Shown here: piece by piece, positions 47,816 through 57,534 of the stretch | Layout of the letters: each line of letters starts with the position of its first letter | Position numbering within the stretch: the first letter of the stretch is position 1 | DNA from: a virus | Strand: one strand, 5' to 3' | IMG/VR virus record: IMGVR_UViG_3300020469_000002 | Span: 1 to 64,000 of that record | DNA: 64,000 nucleotides | The notes under the pieces: model-generated | The model's input: only the letters and a program-made list of their open reading frames with translations | What the model was told of the DNA's origin: nothing | Database searches by the model: none | Translations under genes and position numbers: made by a program

Positions 47816-49212
47816 TTGATCTCCGTGGTTTGGGGTGCCTCAGACTGAGTGAGGCTGTTTTGTGAAAGCCAGCGCAGTGCGGGGCTTTCGATGAAGTCGC
47901 GACGCGCTTCGGTACTGTCGTGTAGGCAGATAGACTTGAAATCGCACCCGTGACCCTGCACGCGACAAACCGCAGTGCGAGGGAAGTGCGCTGATACTGC
48001 ATCTTCGTTGACTCGCTCACATCCGCTGCTCATGCGAATCGAGTTCCGACGCATTTTCGCGAATCTTTGCGCGTCTGCAAAGAGCTCCATTTCGAAGCGA
48101 CGCATCAAGCGTTCATCGAAGGTTCCGAACTCTCGCAAGTACAGCTTTTGATCCACAGTGAACTCGCTCTCTCGGGCGAGAGCTTCGATCTTGTCCCACT
48201 CGGCATCGGTGTGCTTCGCTTCAATGCCCGGTGTTTCGACGCACTTTTTCCAAGCCCACGAGGGCACGCTTGCTTGTGTTCTCGCGGCAGTCGAGAGCTT
48301 GCCCGATTTGAGAAACTTCGGTCGAGACCAACCACGTGAAGAGATCACATCATACTGATACCCGATCACGTTTCCGCTCCCTTCGAACCAGTCTGCGAAG
48401 TGTCTCCCGTGGTTCAGCAGCCGCATGTACCCGGGGATCTGTGTGTCCAGATGAAGATCTCGAACGAAGCTCGTGGGGTTCGCACTGGTCTTGAACTCGT
48501 GAACCAGCAGATCTCCCGTCTTTCGATTCTGAAGAACCGCGTCCAGCCTGCCGACTTGATAGAATGGCAACAGCACCTCGTCAATCGGTTGCTTGAACTG
48601 GTCGCCGGGACGAGCCATTCGCCATCCCCCTTCTTCTTCGACCACGGGAACTTTCGAGCGATAGATTTTGCCGGTGCGCCACGAGACCACAGGACACGCG
48701 AAAGCACGCTCCGTATCAACGACCTTCCAGTCGCTCAGAGGGTACGCCCCCCAACGCTCGATGTACCCTTGCAGCATTTGGCTGAGTCGGCTCTCTTCTT
48801 CGTCCCACTCAATCGAAAGCTCTTGATTGGCCCACCAGTCTCTACGCATCGACTCCATGCAGATCTCGACGATTCCGCCACCCGTACCATCACAGACAGG
48901 ACAATCTGAATCGTATTGATCGCGAACTTTGCAGAGCGGGCAGACGCGTGCCCAATCATGAGGGACCGGCAAGTCGGTGTGTTTGTAGAAGGTGAACAAC
49001 GCGTCCAGTGCATCATGCACCCAGCGACCGCGGGACATCGCCTTGTTGCCCGCCCCCTTCATTCGCAACGCATACGCGAAGTGCCAGCGACGGTCGCACC
49101 ACGCTGACTTTCGCTCGCTGTTTGTGAACGCCATGGCTGCTGCCGGCAAGCCGAGAACGTCGTCCTCGTACCTCGGCAAGATCGTCTGTGTTGGCTTGAA
49201 AGGTCGTGTCAT
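47803..49212 (-). CDS. PD-(D/E)XK exonuclease (Cas4/RecB-like)
   Basis: CDRRW, G..VH, GRLDAV..VHEFKT, QIPGY, C-terminal C..C..C. Confidence 0.85.
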   Translation of the reverse strand: MTRPFKPTQTILPRYEDDVLGLPAAAMAFTNSERKSAWCDRRWHFAYALRMKGAGNKAMSRGRWVHDALDALFTFYKHTDLPVPHDWARVCPLCKVRDQYDSDCPVCDGTGGGIVEICMESMRRDWWANQELSIEWDEEESRLSQMLQGYIERWGAYPLSDWKVVDTERAFACPVVSWRTGKIYRSKVPVVEEEGGWRMARPGDQFKQPIDEVLLPFYQVGRLDAVLQNRKTGDLLVHEFKTSANPTSFVRDLHLDTQIPGYMRLLNHGRHFADWFEGSGNVIGYQYDVISSRGWSRPKFLKSGKLSTAARTQASVPSWAWKKCVETPGIEAKHTDAEWDKIEALARESEFTVDQKLYLREFGTFDERLMRRFEMELFADAQRFAKMRRNSIRMSSGCERVNEDAVSAHFPRTAVCRVQGHGCDFKSICLHDSTEARRDFIESPALRWLSQNSLTQSEAPQTTEIKCPF

Positions 49213-49375
49213 GTTCTCTCCCTCGCTGTCTGATGTTAGCCTTCGTGTGTAATCTTCACACACTGATCAGCAGTATGACTGCCAAAAAGTGTCCGACAAA
49301 GTGAAGTCACGCAGGGCTATCTCGCACAATGAGGCGCGCGGCCGCGAATCGACCACGCGCACTCGAAGCGCGGTA

Positions 49376-50299
49376 TCATGCAGAAGCCGCAGTCTCAGTA
49401 GACTCGATTGCGGGCTCGCTGACGGGCTGAGTCTTCGAGAGCAAGATCGTGAGGAACTTGGTCTCGGAGTCCTTTTTGACTTTGACGTTGAAGCCGCGTT
49501 CGATCAGCATCTTGCCAGCCTGACCGCTGCTGTACCAGATTGCGCGATGCTTGGTCCACGACTTGGGTGCATCGAAGCCCAGAGTCGAGCACTCGATGAC
49601 GAGCGTTCCATCATCCGTTTCGACTGCTGCTGCCATGAACTGATCGAATCGCGCGATCGTGTTGGGACGCGGTTGACTCTTCGTCTTCTTCTTGGTCGGC
49701 TTGTCCGCGAGCAGGTCTGCCACAACCGCACTCTTCGCGATCGCTTCTGCTCGCTTCTTCTGCTTCTCGTCGGCTTCCTGAGACTGCTCGCTGTCGGCAC
49801 TTTCGACAACCATATCGAACTTGACCACGGTCACGTCGGAGTCGTCTTCGACCGACACCTCGGGCTCGGCTTCATCCTCGGTGTTCGGTGCTTCCATCGC
49901 TTCGAGAACTTCGCGAGTGTTCACAGTGCGAACATCGACGATCTCTCCACCCTGCACGGTCTCGATGACGAGATCCCCATCGTTGTCGAACGAGGCGTAC
50001 CCCTCTTCCGTGTGAGCGACTTCTTCGTCATGCTCGACAGTCGAGTCTCCGATGATTGCGGCTTCGAAAAGCTCCTGATGATTCTTGACGCTGATTGGTC
50101 CTTCGAAGCCCGAACTCCGAATCTTCGCAACCTTCGTCGCGTAGGTATACACGTCTTTCTTGTTCCAGCCATCGCTCTTCCGAGCAGCCTTGACCCCACC
50201 CGACGCTTTCGCATCGCGCAGAGCACTCATAAGGTAGGCGAGAGAGGTTCGAGCGTTGATGCTCTCGATCATGGTCTTCTTGGGCTTGGTAGCAGGCAT
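49376..50299 (-). CDS. Hypothetical acidic/Lys-rich protein
   Basis: GAGAACACTACAATG start; own promoter. Confidence 0.75.
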   Translation of the reverse strand: MPATKPKKTMIESINARTSLAYLMSALRDAKASGGVKAARKSDGWNKKDVYTYATKVAKIRSSGFEGPISVKNHQELFEAAIIGDSTVEHDEEVAHTEEGYASFDNDGDLVIETVQGGEIVDVRTVNTREVLEAMEAPNTEDEAEPEVSVEDDSDVTVVKFDMVVESADSEQSQEADEKQKKRAEAIAKSAVVADLLADKPTKKKTKSQPRPNTIARFDQFMAAAVETDDGTLVIECSTLGFDAPKSWTKHRAIWYSSGQAGKMLIERGFNVKVKKDSETKFLTILLSKTQPVSEPAIESTETAASA

Positions 50300-50356
50300 T
50301 GTAGTGTTCTCACGTTTGAGTGATCGCGAGACGACACAGACGCCGCTCGCAGGTCT

Positions 50357-50385
50357 CTTCTACTAAAGAGCTAAGACCCATACAA
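50357..50385 (-). promoter_or_regulatory. Sigma70-type promoter
   Basis: TTGTAT-17 nt-TAGAAG. Confidence 0.5.
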
Positions 50386-50476
50386 GCGTTTTCTGCCAAA
50401 AGATGCTTCCACCCGTAGTCACAGAGCGACAAGTGATTTCGTGATCGCGCTGTCAGACAATGTTCCACTCACTGTC

Positions 50477-51976
50477 TTAGGCGACCATCATCGCTTCAAT
50501 CTTTCGCAGATCTTCGAGATCGCGAACATCCATCGTGTGTTCGATCTCGATGGAAAGCTGCTCTCGATACGCGATTCGTCTCGACTTCCATTGTGAGCGA
50601 AACGGTCCCGGGTCAACAATCTCAATGACGAGCGGAGGTCTTTTGTCCGCAGCCTTTCGAAGCACGCGTCCTACTCTTTGAATCGCTCGACCTGCGGCAC
50701 GCCCGGTACTTGCGTTGATCAGAGTGTCGAGCACCGGGACATCGAGACCTTCATCTGCAAGCTGAGTCGCGACGGCGACCTGTATTCGCCTCTCTCTGAG
50801 GGCGCGTAGTGCTCCCTCTCTTTGAGTCTTCGAGACGGAACTCGAAAGCGCAACAGCGGAGACTCCGCGCTCACAGAGGGTAGTGGCAAGCGAGTGCGCG
50901 AGAGCCTTTCTCGGTACGAGCAGAAGAACGGTTCTTCCGTTTGATGCAGCAGACTTTGCCAGTCCAGCCAGTAGCTCGTTTCTTCCCTCGTCTTCGCAAA
51001 GAGCCGACACCGCACTGCTCATGTTCAATCGACCAGAACGATTTGTGTGATCGTCGAAGTTTATCGGGACACGAGTGATGACGGCTATGATAGACGGCTT
51101 GACAAGATGTCCGAGATTGAGCAGATCGGATGTCGTCATTCCGTAAAGCTCAGGCCCGATGACGAGTGGAAGTGCGAACGTCCAGCCGTCTGCTCTTTCT
51201 GGTGTCGCTGTCAGACCCCACCTGAATCGAGCGGAACAGTTTTCGAAGACCGCTCGAAATGTACTCGCGGGAGCATGATGGCACTCGTCCAGCAAAACGC
51301 ACCCGGCACTTTGCAGCAGAGCGTGAGAAGCGCGCCCTGCATTATGAATCGCTTGAACCATGACAACGGCGATCTCACCGGGCTTCAGCGGTCGAAATGA
51401 CTGATGTGTTCGAACTTTTCGACCGTACAGCTTCGAGAACGTGTCTGCCCACTGCATCGCGAGATCAATCGTGTGGACAATAACGATCGTTGATTCTCCG
51501 GTCATCAGAACCGCAGCACAGCCCAGCACCGTCTTCCCTGCTCCACACGGAAGACGGACATAGCCCTGCACTCGTTGAATCATAGAGTTGACCGCCTCTT
51601 TTTGGTACGGTCTGAGATCGATCGACAGTTCTTCCATCGAGAGCGTTGAGCCACGAGAAGACATGGTTTCGTTGATGAATCGCAGCGAGACCCCGCAGCG
51701 GTCTGCAACTCTTCGGAGGATGTCCAAAGCGCCTCTTGCGATTCGCAAAATCGAACCATCACTTCGAGCGAAAGAAACTCGATGCGGAATGTTGTGTGTC
51801 CTGACGTTCATCGCAGATCGCTTCACATGATCTGGATTATCGAAAGTGAGTAACTGACGAAGCGTCTGCTCCATGCTGGTTGGGAGATCTTGTCGCGCGA
51901 TCTCGAACTCGCTTCCGACCCGTACCTCAACTTCTTTCGTGAACATAGGCGACACCACCTGCAAATGCGAGGACAC
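50477..51976 (-). CDS. SF2 DExH helicase
   Basis: LRPYQ, PCGAGKT, DECH, GLTATPER, EGLDVP, QRVGRVLR. Confidence 0.93.
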   Translation of the reverse strand: MSSHLQVVSPMFTKEVEVRVGSEFEIARQDLPTSMEQTLRQLLTFDNPDHVKRSAMNVRTHNIPHRVSFARSDGSILRIARGALDILRRVADRCGVSLRFINETMSSRGSTLSMEELSIDLRPYQKEAVNSMIQRVQGYVRLPCGAGKTVLGCAAVLMTGESTIVIVHTIDLAMQWADTFSKLYGRKVRTHQSFRPLKPGEIAVVMVQAIHNAGRASHALLQSAGCVLLDECHHAPASTFRAVFENCSARFRWGLTATPERADGWTFALPLVIGPELYGMTTSDLLNLGHLVKPSIIAVITRVPINFDDHTNRSGRLNMSSAVSALCEDEGRNELLAGLAKSAASNGRTVLLLVPRKALAHSLATTLCERGVSAVALSSSVSKTQREGALRALRERRIQVAVATQLADEGLDVPVLDTLINASTGRAAGRAIQRVGRVLRKAADKRPPLVIEIVDPGPFRSQWKSRRIAYREQLSIEIEHTMDVRDLEDLRKIEAMMVA

Positions 51977-52134
51977 GTGCCTTGCAGGCGATGTCGCCCA
52001 GTGCGATGACTATAGCGTATCGCGACATCGATCGCACAGTGCGAAACGCTCACCCACGCGCTATGAAGTAGAAAGCGCGTCGAGGGTCAGACACCCCTCG
52101 ACGCGCAAGCCCGAGAACCAAGGAAGCAGTAGCA

Positions 52135-54393
52135 GTGACTTCAGTGAGAGAGAACACGGTTCCCGAACAGATTGAACCGTATCAAGAGCGCAGCATCGCG
52201 TCCAGCCTTGTTGCTATTGCAGACGGTCGAAACGCAGCAGCGGTCGGGTTGAAGGCGTTTCTGTGGGTATGCGCGATCGCTAAGAGAGCGGACTGGCAGA
52301 AGACATCCTGCGGCTTGATGATGGAGCTTTGCCCGGCGTATCTTCGAACAATCGAGGGCGTGACTCAATGGGCGGGAAGGTGTGGCTGGAACGCCGCTCG
52401 TGATCTTCTCAAATGGCAGGAGATTCAGCCCGATAGAGCCAGAGAGCTTGGAGCAGAGCTTAGATTCGTCGGCAAAGGCAGAAGAAGAGGTCGACTGATC
52501 CTGCTTTCGGAAGAGCAGCTTCGAAACATCGAGACTGCCCACACAAAACTGAAGCGTCTCGAATCCTCTCACGAATGTGAGAACGAAACCGACAACTCTT
52601 GCAGACTGGAGCACGTAGCGAATCTTCCTCGAAAAGAGCTTCTCAACAGGAGATCATTCGCTGTCTGCTGCCCCGCTCACAATGACGCTCACCCTTCACT
52701 GGTTGTTTGGCCGAACGCAGACAAGCGAACGGGCGGAGCACGTTGCATGGTGTGTGAGAGAGAAGGGCGGCCAGCTACTTGGGCGGTGAGGTTTGAAGAT
52801 TCAGAAATCAAAATGTTTCGTCCGCGGGCAGCAGACTCTTGGTCGAGCATGTCAAGTCAGTCGAGCTTTTCCCTCTCTCGCAACAATAAAGACCCCCAAG
52901 CGAGCACAGCGCAGCAGATCACCCGCTCGCGTGTTGACTCTTTCGTCTCTACCCAAGAGAGCAGCGCGACACAGATCAACGCACTGATCGAGGGCTACAC
53001 TCATGCAGATGGGTACTCGACTGCTCGAAGAGTGACCGGTCGGGCTCGCAGAGATCTGATCTCGACTCTGAAGTGGCACGATCAACGAAGTGCAGGTCCA
53101 GCGGCAAGCACTCGTGCCGCTATGCTTTGCTCGTTTATGATGGAAAACGAGAGTCGAGTCGAAATGCTGTGCCCGTCTCGGTTGATCTCTGTCTCGAATA
53201 TGCGACCGACAGCAAGAGATCAGTTCGGCAAGCCAATCTCATGGAAAGCTGCTCGTCAACGATGGATCTTGCTCGACATTGACGACATCGATCTTTCCGC
53301 GTGCGATCTCGACAAGTGCGCTGAGAGAATCGCGAAAGTGGTCGAACAGAACGAGCACTGCTCTGGTCGCTCTGCGATTGTGCAGACCAGCCCGACCGGG
53401 CTTCAGGTGTGGTGTGAGTTGAGCCGCGTAAGACATTCACCAGAGAAGTGGCATCGACTTCCAGCCGTCGTTGACTGGTACAGCAGGCTTGGGGAGAAAG
53501 TGCTGAAAGCCGCCCGTAGCGAAAACGCAGACGGGGGCTATTTGGACATGTCAGCGTGTGCAGCGGGCAGATTCGGCAGACGACCCGGCTGGCGGCTCTA
53601 TTCCGATGGCTCAGTCTTTCGAGCCCGACTCCTGCTCACGGTTGATTTCAACCGCGACGTTCAGCCACCCGTCGTCGTCGAAGCATCGGCCGATGTCCCC
53701 TGCTTCTCGCATGTTGATGCTCGCGCTACCGGCAGGAGCCCGTCGGTTGAGGCATTTGAAGTGCCACCATGCGTGCCATACTCTCGACAGAGTGTTCCAC
53801 GGAAGTACGAAAGAGACTCGACCTTGGGAAAAGTGCAGAAGCACAGCCGCGAACCCACCCTCACGATTCCACTGATCGAGTCGAAGAGCTTGATGCTCGT
53901 GAAGGTTCGAGAGAGACCATCTTTTAGAACCGCAGTTCTTCGCTTCGAGCATGAAGGCGATCCCGCTCGAAATGGCGATGTAGTCGGGCGGCCCGGCAGA
54001 ATCGTAGACAGCGACAAACTGTCCAGGGGCTTTCGTTTGTCGAATGATCCTCATGGTGGGAGGCGTTCGAACCACACACGCTCGTTTTTCCGCAACGTAG
54101 CGGGAGTGATGCCACTCCAAAAGCGACTCAAACGCCTTCCCTCGGTTCGCGTGAGACCGCGACTTCACTACGACCGCCTCTTTCGTCGGCGCGCGACTCT
54201 CATTCCGTCCCCGTCAACGATGATCTGGCAGTTGACTGCGTTGCACAACCAAATCAGCTTCGCCCAGGTAGGACTTCGACCACCGCTGCCTGTTTTCCAC
54301 TGTGAGCATGACTGCGGTGAGATTTCCAAGATCTGCGCGAGCCCGGCATTTGAGACCTCGAATCGATCGCAGTACAAATCCGCAAGCTCGTAG
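52135..54393 (+). CDS. Zinc-finger + AEP/RepB-like primase domain protein with long antisense tail
   Basis: CPAHNDAHPSL..CMVC; ILLDIDD and QTSPTGLQVW; the last ~250 codons lie antisense to recU and the HTH gene. Confidence 0.6.
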   Translation: MTSVRENTVPEQIEPYQERSIASSLVAIADGRNAAAVGLKAFLWVCAIAKRADWQKTSCGLMMELCPAYLRTIEGVTQWAGRCGWNAARDLLKWQEIQPDRARELGAELRFVGKGRRRGRLILLSEEQLRNIETAHTKLKRLESSHECENETDNSCRLEHVANLPRKELLNRRSFAVCCPAHNDAHPSLVVWPNADKRTGGARCMVCEREGRPATWAVRFEDSEIKMFRPRAADSWSSMSSQSSFSLSRNNKDPQASTAQQITRSRVDSFVSTQESSATQINALIEGYTHADGYSTARRVTGRARRDLISTLKWHDQRSAGPAASTRAAMLCSFMMENESRVEMLCPSRLISVSNMRPTARDQFGKPISWKAARQRWILLDIDDIDLSACDLDKCAERIAKVVEQNEHCSGRSAIVQTSPTGLQVWCELSRVRHSPEKWHRLPAVVDWYSRLGEKVLKAARSENADGGYLDMSACAAGRFGRRPGWRLYSDGSVFRARLLLTVDFNRDVQPPVVVEASADVPCFSHVDARATGRSPSVEAFEVPPCVPYSRQSVPRKYERDSTLGKVQKHSREPTLTIPLIESKSLMLVKVRERPSFRTAVLRFEHEGDPARNGDVVGRPGRIVDSDKLSRGFRLSNDPHGGRRSNHTRSFFRNVAGVMPLQKRLKRLPSVRVRPRLHYDRLFRRRATLIPSPSTMIWQLTALHNQISFAQVGLRPPLPVFHCEHDCGEISKICASPAFETSNRSQYKSASS
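53611..54168 (-). CDS. recU: RecU-like Holliday junction resolvase
   Basis: ANRGKAFE, PDY..G..LEAK, NLHEHQ. Confidence 0.85.
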   Translation of the reverse strand: MKSRSHANRGKAFESLLEWHHSRYVAEKRACVVRTPPTMRIIRQTKAPGQFVAVYDSAGPPDYIAISSGIAFMLEAKNCGSKRWSLSNLHEHQALRLDQWNREGGFAAVLLHFSQGRVSFVLPWNTLSRVWHAWWHFKCLNRRAPAGSASINMREAGDIGRCFDDDGWLNVAVEINREQESGSKD

Positions 54394-54503
54394 AAGACGA
54401 GATTCGTCGGGCTGGGGTAGTACAGATGGGCCTTTTTGATCGGTCGAAGATTGTCTCTCAGTGATTCGAGAACAAAATCGGTAGGTTCTGGTACTTCTTT
54501 CAT
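54168..54503 (-). CDS. XRE-type HTH regulator
   Basis: SNAGLAQILEISPQSCSQWKTG..PT. Confidence 0.75.
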   Translation of the reverse strand: MKEVPEPTDFVLESLRDNLRPIKKAHLYYPSPTNLVFYELADLYCDRFEVSNAGLAQILEISPQSCSQWKTGSGGRSPTWAKLIWLCNAVNCQIIVDGDGMRVARRRKRRS

Positions 54504-54985
54504 TGTTCCATTCCTTCGGCTCGCTCTGCGAGTCGAGCCACACGTCGCCGCACAGAAAACGGCGCACAGTTCAAACGGTCGCGAATCTCTCGCTCAGTCC
54601 AGCCTTCGACCCGAGCGCGTACTGCATCGCGCTCGTCCTTGGTCGCAAGCTCCAAAACTCGTTGTGCTTCCACACCTGCTTCGATCTTCTTCTGAGAAGC
54701 GTTGCTGGGGTGCTCGTTGTCCAAATACTCGGTCTCCGTCATTCTTCGACGACGTTGACGAAGAAGTGTGGTCGCAACAGCCCTGCACTGCCATGAAGCC
54801 CAGGTTGCCGCGTTGCTTCTCGACTCGTCGAACCTGCTGTGACACTCGACCAGTCGAACCACGAGGGACTGACGAACATCATCAACGTCCAGACGTTTTG
54901 ATCGAGCCCAGTGAGCGGCGGTCCGCTCGACGATGTTGATCCTTGCGAGCCAGTAGACCCACGCTTCAGCGTTGCTCTCGCTCAT
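54500..54985 (-). CDS. Sigma70-family (ECF-like) RNA polymerase sigma factor
   Basis: Region 2 DDVRQ..RFDESRS..TW; region 4 EGWTEREI..LNC..SVRRR. Confidence 0.75.
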   Translation of the reverse strand: MSESNAEAWVYWLARINIVERTAAHWARSKRLDVDDVRQSLVVRLVECHSRFDESRSNAATWASWQCRAVATTLLRQRRRRMTETEYLDNEHPSNASQKKIEAGVEAQRVLELATKDERDAVRARVEGWTEREIRDRLNCAPFSVRRRVARLAERAEGMEQ

Positions 54986-55590
54986 CCGTCAATCTCCTTG
55001 TTCCAGTCGAACGCGACCTTGTGAACCAGATCTGGGTTTTCGTGAGGGCTCTTTCTGTACTCGTCGGTTCCGTCGTATTCGTGAGAACAGATGTTCAAGA
55101 CCCAGGACTCTGTGGACCCCAGTGCTTTCCAGCCGTGTGCGACTCCAGGCGGCACACAAACAACTCGCGGGTTTCGCTGACTGTCGAGGACGAGTCTCGT
55201 AGCTTTGCCCGTTTGCAGATTGCACAGGCCCAGCAAGATGCGCCCTCGCAGCACGACGAAGCGGTCCGTCTGCTTTGAGTGAAGATGCCAGCCCTTGATC
55301 ACTCCAGGCGCAGTCGTAGAAATGTACGCTTGCCCAAACGTGGCTGCCATCTTGCCCATGAACGGGGTCAGAGCTTCGAGTGTCGTGAAAGATTCCTCAG
55401 CCCAGGACGCTCGATACAACTCTACGAGCGACCCGCGCTCGTCAAGATGCCAGCGAAGGGAGAAGGAGTAGTGCGTCTCGTCCCACGTCTCGTGTGGTTT
55501 CGGGATGTTGATTGGCTCCGTGAAGTGCTGCGAGTATCCATTCGCAAGCGCACGGCGCACAACAGATTCAGGTGGTTCATTCTCACTCAT
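54982..55590 (-). CDS. rmlC: dTDP-4-dehydrorhamnose 3,5-epimerase
   Basis: DERGSLVE, Q..IS...GVIKGWHLH..Q, VPPGVAHGW. Confidence 0.88.
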   Translation of the reverse strand: MSENEPPESVVRRALANGYSQHFTEPINIPKPHETWDETHYSFSLRWHLDERGSLVELYRASWAEESFTTLEALTPFMGKMAATFGQAYISTTAPGVIKGWHLHSKQTDRFVVLRGRILLGLCNLQTGKATRLVLDSQRNPRVVCVPPGVAHGWKALGSTESWVLNICSHEYDGTDEYRKSPHENPDLVHKVAFDWNKEIDG

Positions 55591-55979
55591 TTTGTGTCCT
55601 CCTTTTGGATCGGTACAAGTTCGAGTGGGGGCGCGTACCCATGCACGCGAATCCACTCCTGACGCAAAGCGCCGTAGACTGCGCCCGAGACTGGTGCCCG
55701 AGACGCGTTTAGAACTCGCCACAGCGCGCCTACTGCGCTGCGACGCGTTGATCGAGTCGAGACAAGCGCAGACGCGTAGAACGCGCGCAGGCGAGCAGAT
55801 AGCGCGTGCCATCGACGTGCAAAGAGACAAGCGCGATCGACATCTTGACAAGTCATTCCATCATTTTCGTGAAGTGCGAGAACGATCGTCTCGATTGTAG
55901 ATCCCACGAACTCCACGTCTCGGAGAGAGTGAAGAACCGCAAGCGCGTGCAAGAGTCGCACGCGCGTGTCCGTTTTCAT
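55587..55979 (-). CDS. Hypothetical protein
   Basis: Fills operon gap, ATGA coupling to rmlC. Confidence 0.5.
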   Translation of the reverse strand: MKTDTRVRLLHALAVLHSLRDVEFVGSTIETIVLALHENDGMTCQDVDRACLFARRWHALSARLRAFYASALVSTRSTRRSAVGALWRVLNASRAPVSGAVYGALRQEWIRVHGYAPPLELVPIQKEDTK

Positions 55980-55989
55980 TTTCACGAAC

Positions 55990-57408
55990 TCAGGCGAGGG
56001 CACTGGCAACCTCTTTGTCGCTCGCAGTGTCCACATCGACAATCTCGTGAGCGAGCGAGCGAACAGCAGCAGACAGGGACCCGCCGCCAACCGTCAGTGC
56101 GTAGAGTCGCATCCCATTCTCGCGTGATTCATCGAGTCGAGCAGACACCCCGGTGGGGACGGTCGCGTACCCGTCAGTGATCAGCACGAGGTCGGCCCGC
56201 TCTTGCTCGATTCCATGCTCGTGATCGAGTGCGTGCTTCAGTGCAGGTCCAAAGTCTGTTCCGCCGCCAAGTCGAGAGCGAGCGATCGACAAGATCATCT
56301 CCGCGCATCCCCCGGGAAGATCGCTCGTCCCGTCTGCTTTCAGCGTGTGTGACCATCGAACGCGAGTGTCGAATCCGATGACAGTGCAGGCGCGACCTTC
56401 TCGCTGCGCCATTCCAAGCACCGCGATAGCGCACGCACTCGCGTATTGTTGACGGGTCATTCCGTCGCGAGCTTCGATCCCCATGCTGCCCGATTCATCG
56501 ACACACACAACGACTGGCCCGCGACCCTGCGGCTCAGAGCCGGCCATCCGATACTGACGCATCTGCCCGCTTGCGAATCGAGCCATCGCGATTGCTTGCA
56601 GTGCGCGATTCGGAGACTTCAGCAGGGCAAGCTCGCTGGGAAGGGCGCGAGTGATGTTCCGCCCAACCTCGACGCCGATGATCTTGCTTCTCGCAGAAGT
56701 GCTGTCCATCTTGCGGTCTGCACTTGCGAGACGACGAAGACGACCGGCAAGCTCCAGCACCTTCTTCAGCCCTTCGTTCGAGCCCAGCATCGCAGCCAGC
56801 TCCAGTCTCGACGTGTCTTCTGCATCGTACTGAGCAGACTTGGTGCCCGTAGACGGTGCGAGAGTCTGAAGTGCCTCCGTCAACGATTCGACTTCACGAG
56901 CAGCGTCGTCCGACTCGACCCGCATGATTGCTCGCGCCATGTCGCCCGCAGTCGCACTCGAATCGTCTCCCTTCTCCGCTGCTTCGAGCTTCATGTCTGC
57001 AACCATCGGCGCGATCTTCGAAAGCATCCGAGCAGCAGCGACCGCAGCCATGTCTGCATCGTCTCGCGTCGTCGCGAGAAGTCGCGAGTCGTATCCGATA
57101 GCGTCGTGAATCATGTCCACGAACTCGGTGTCGGGAGCAGGGAAGTCAAGCTGCTCCGTCTCGCCCGAAAACATCATCGAGAAAACCTCGCACGCGATTC
57201 CGTCCGCGAGCGCTCGAACTCGGGCAGACGAACCGCGCTCAGTCTCGTGCTGCTTGACCGCTGCGACTGCGAGCCCCTTCTCGACCGCCTTCACAGCGTC
57301 GCGAAGATCTGCGAGTCGAGCAGAGCGAATGGTGTACATGGCGTCCGACCAAGCACTGACTCTTCGGGTCAGTTGAGGTCGATTTCCGACTGTGAACTGG
57401 TAGGTCAT
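55990..57408 (-). CDS. vWA domain protein (ViaA-like)
   Basis: MIDAS DESGSM, GGTDF, LITDG; LPSELALL. Confidence 0.9.
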   Translation of the reverse strand: MTYQFTVGNRPQLTRRVSAWSDAMYTIRSARLADLRDAVKAVEKGLAVAAVKQHETERGSSARVRALADGIACEVFSMMFSGETEQLDFPAPDTEFVDMIHDAIGYDSRLLATTRDDADMAAVAAARMLSKIAPMVADMKLEAAEKGDDSSATAGDMARAIMRVESDDAAREVESLTEALQTLAPSTGTKSAQYDAEDTSRLELAAMLGSNEGLKKVLELAGRLRRLASADRKMDSTSARSKIIGVEVGRNITRALPSELALLKSPNRALQAIAMARFASGQMRQYRMAGSEPQGRGPVVVCVDESGSMGIEARDGMTRQQYASACAIAVLGMAQREGRACTVIGFDTRVRWSHTLKADGTSDLPGGCAEMILSIARSRLGGGTDFGPALKHALDHEHGIEQERADLVLITDGYATVPTGVSARLDESRENGMRLYALTVGGGSLSAAVRSLAHEIVDVDTASDKEVASALA

Positions 57409-57458
57409 AGTGTCCTCACAAGCGGCGATAACGAAGCGCGATCGCTTCTCGCCTCTCA

Positions 57459-57487
57459 GTTATACAAGAGCGCGAATCCTAACGCAA
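57459..57487 (-). promoter_or_regulatory. Sigma70-type promoter
   Basis: TTGCGT-17 nt-TATAAC. Confidence 0.72.
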
Positions 57488-57534
57488 GCGATTTTATACT
57501 CCTGCGTTAAGATTCTTCTCGCGCGATCGTCCAG

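Noticed and set aside
47803-49212. Cas4 as part of a CRISPR system
   Set aside because: Sits in an exonuclease-Sak4-SSB recombination module typical of phages
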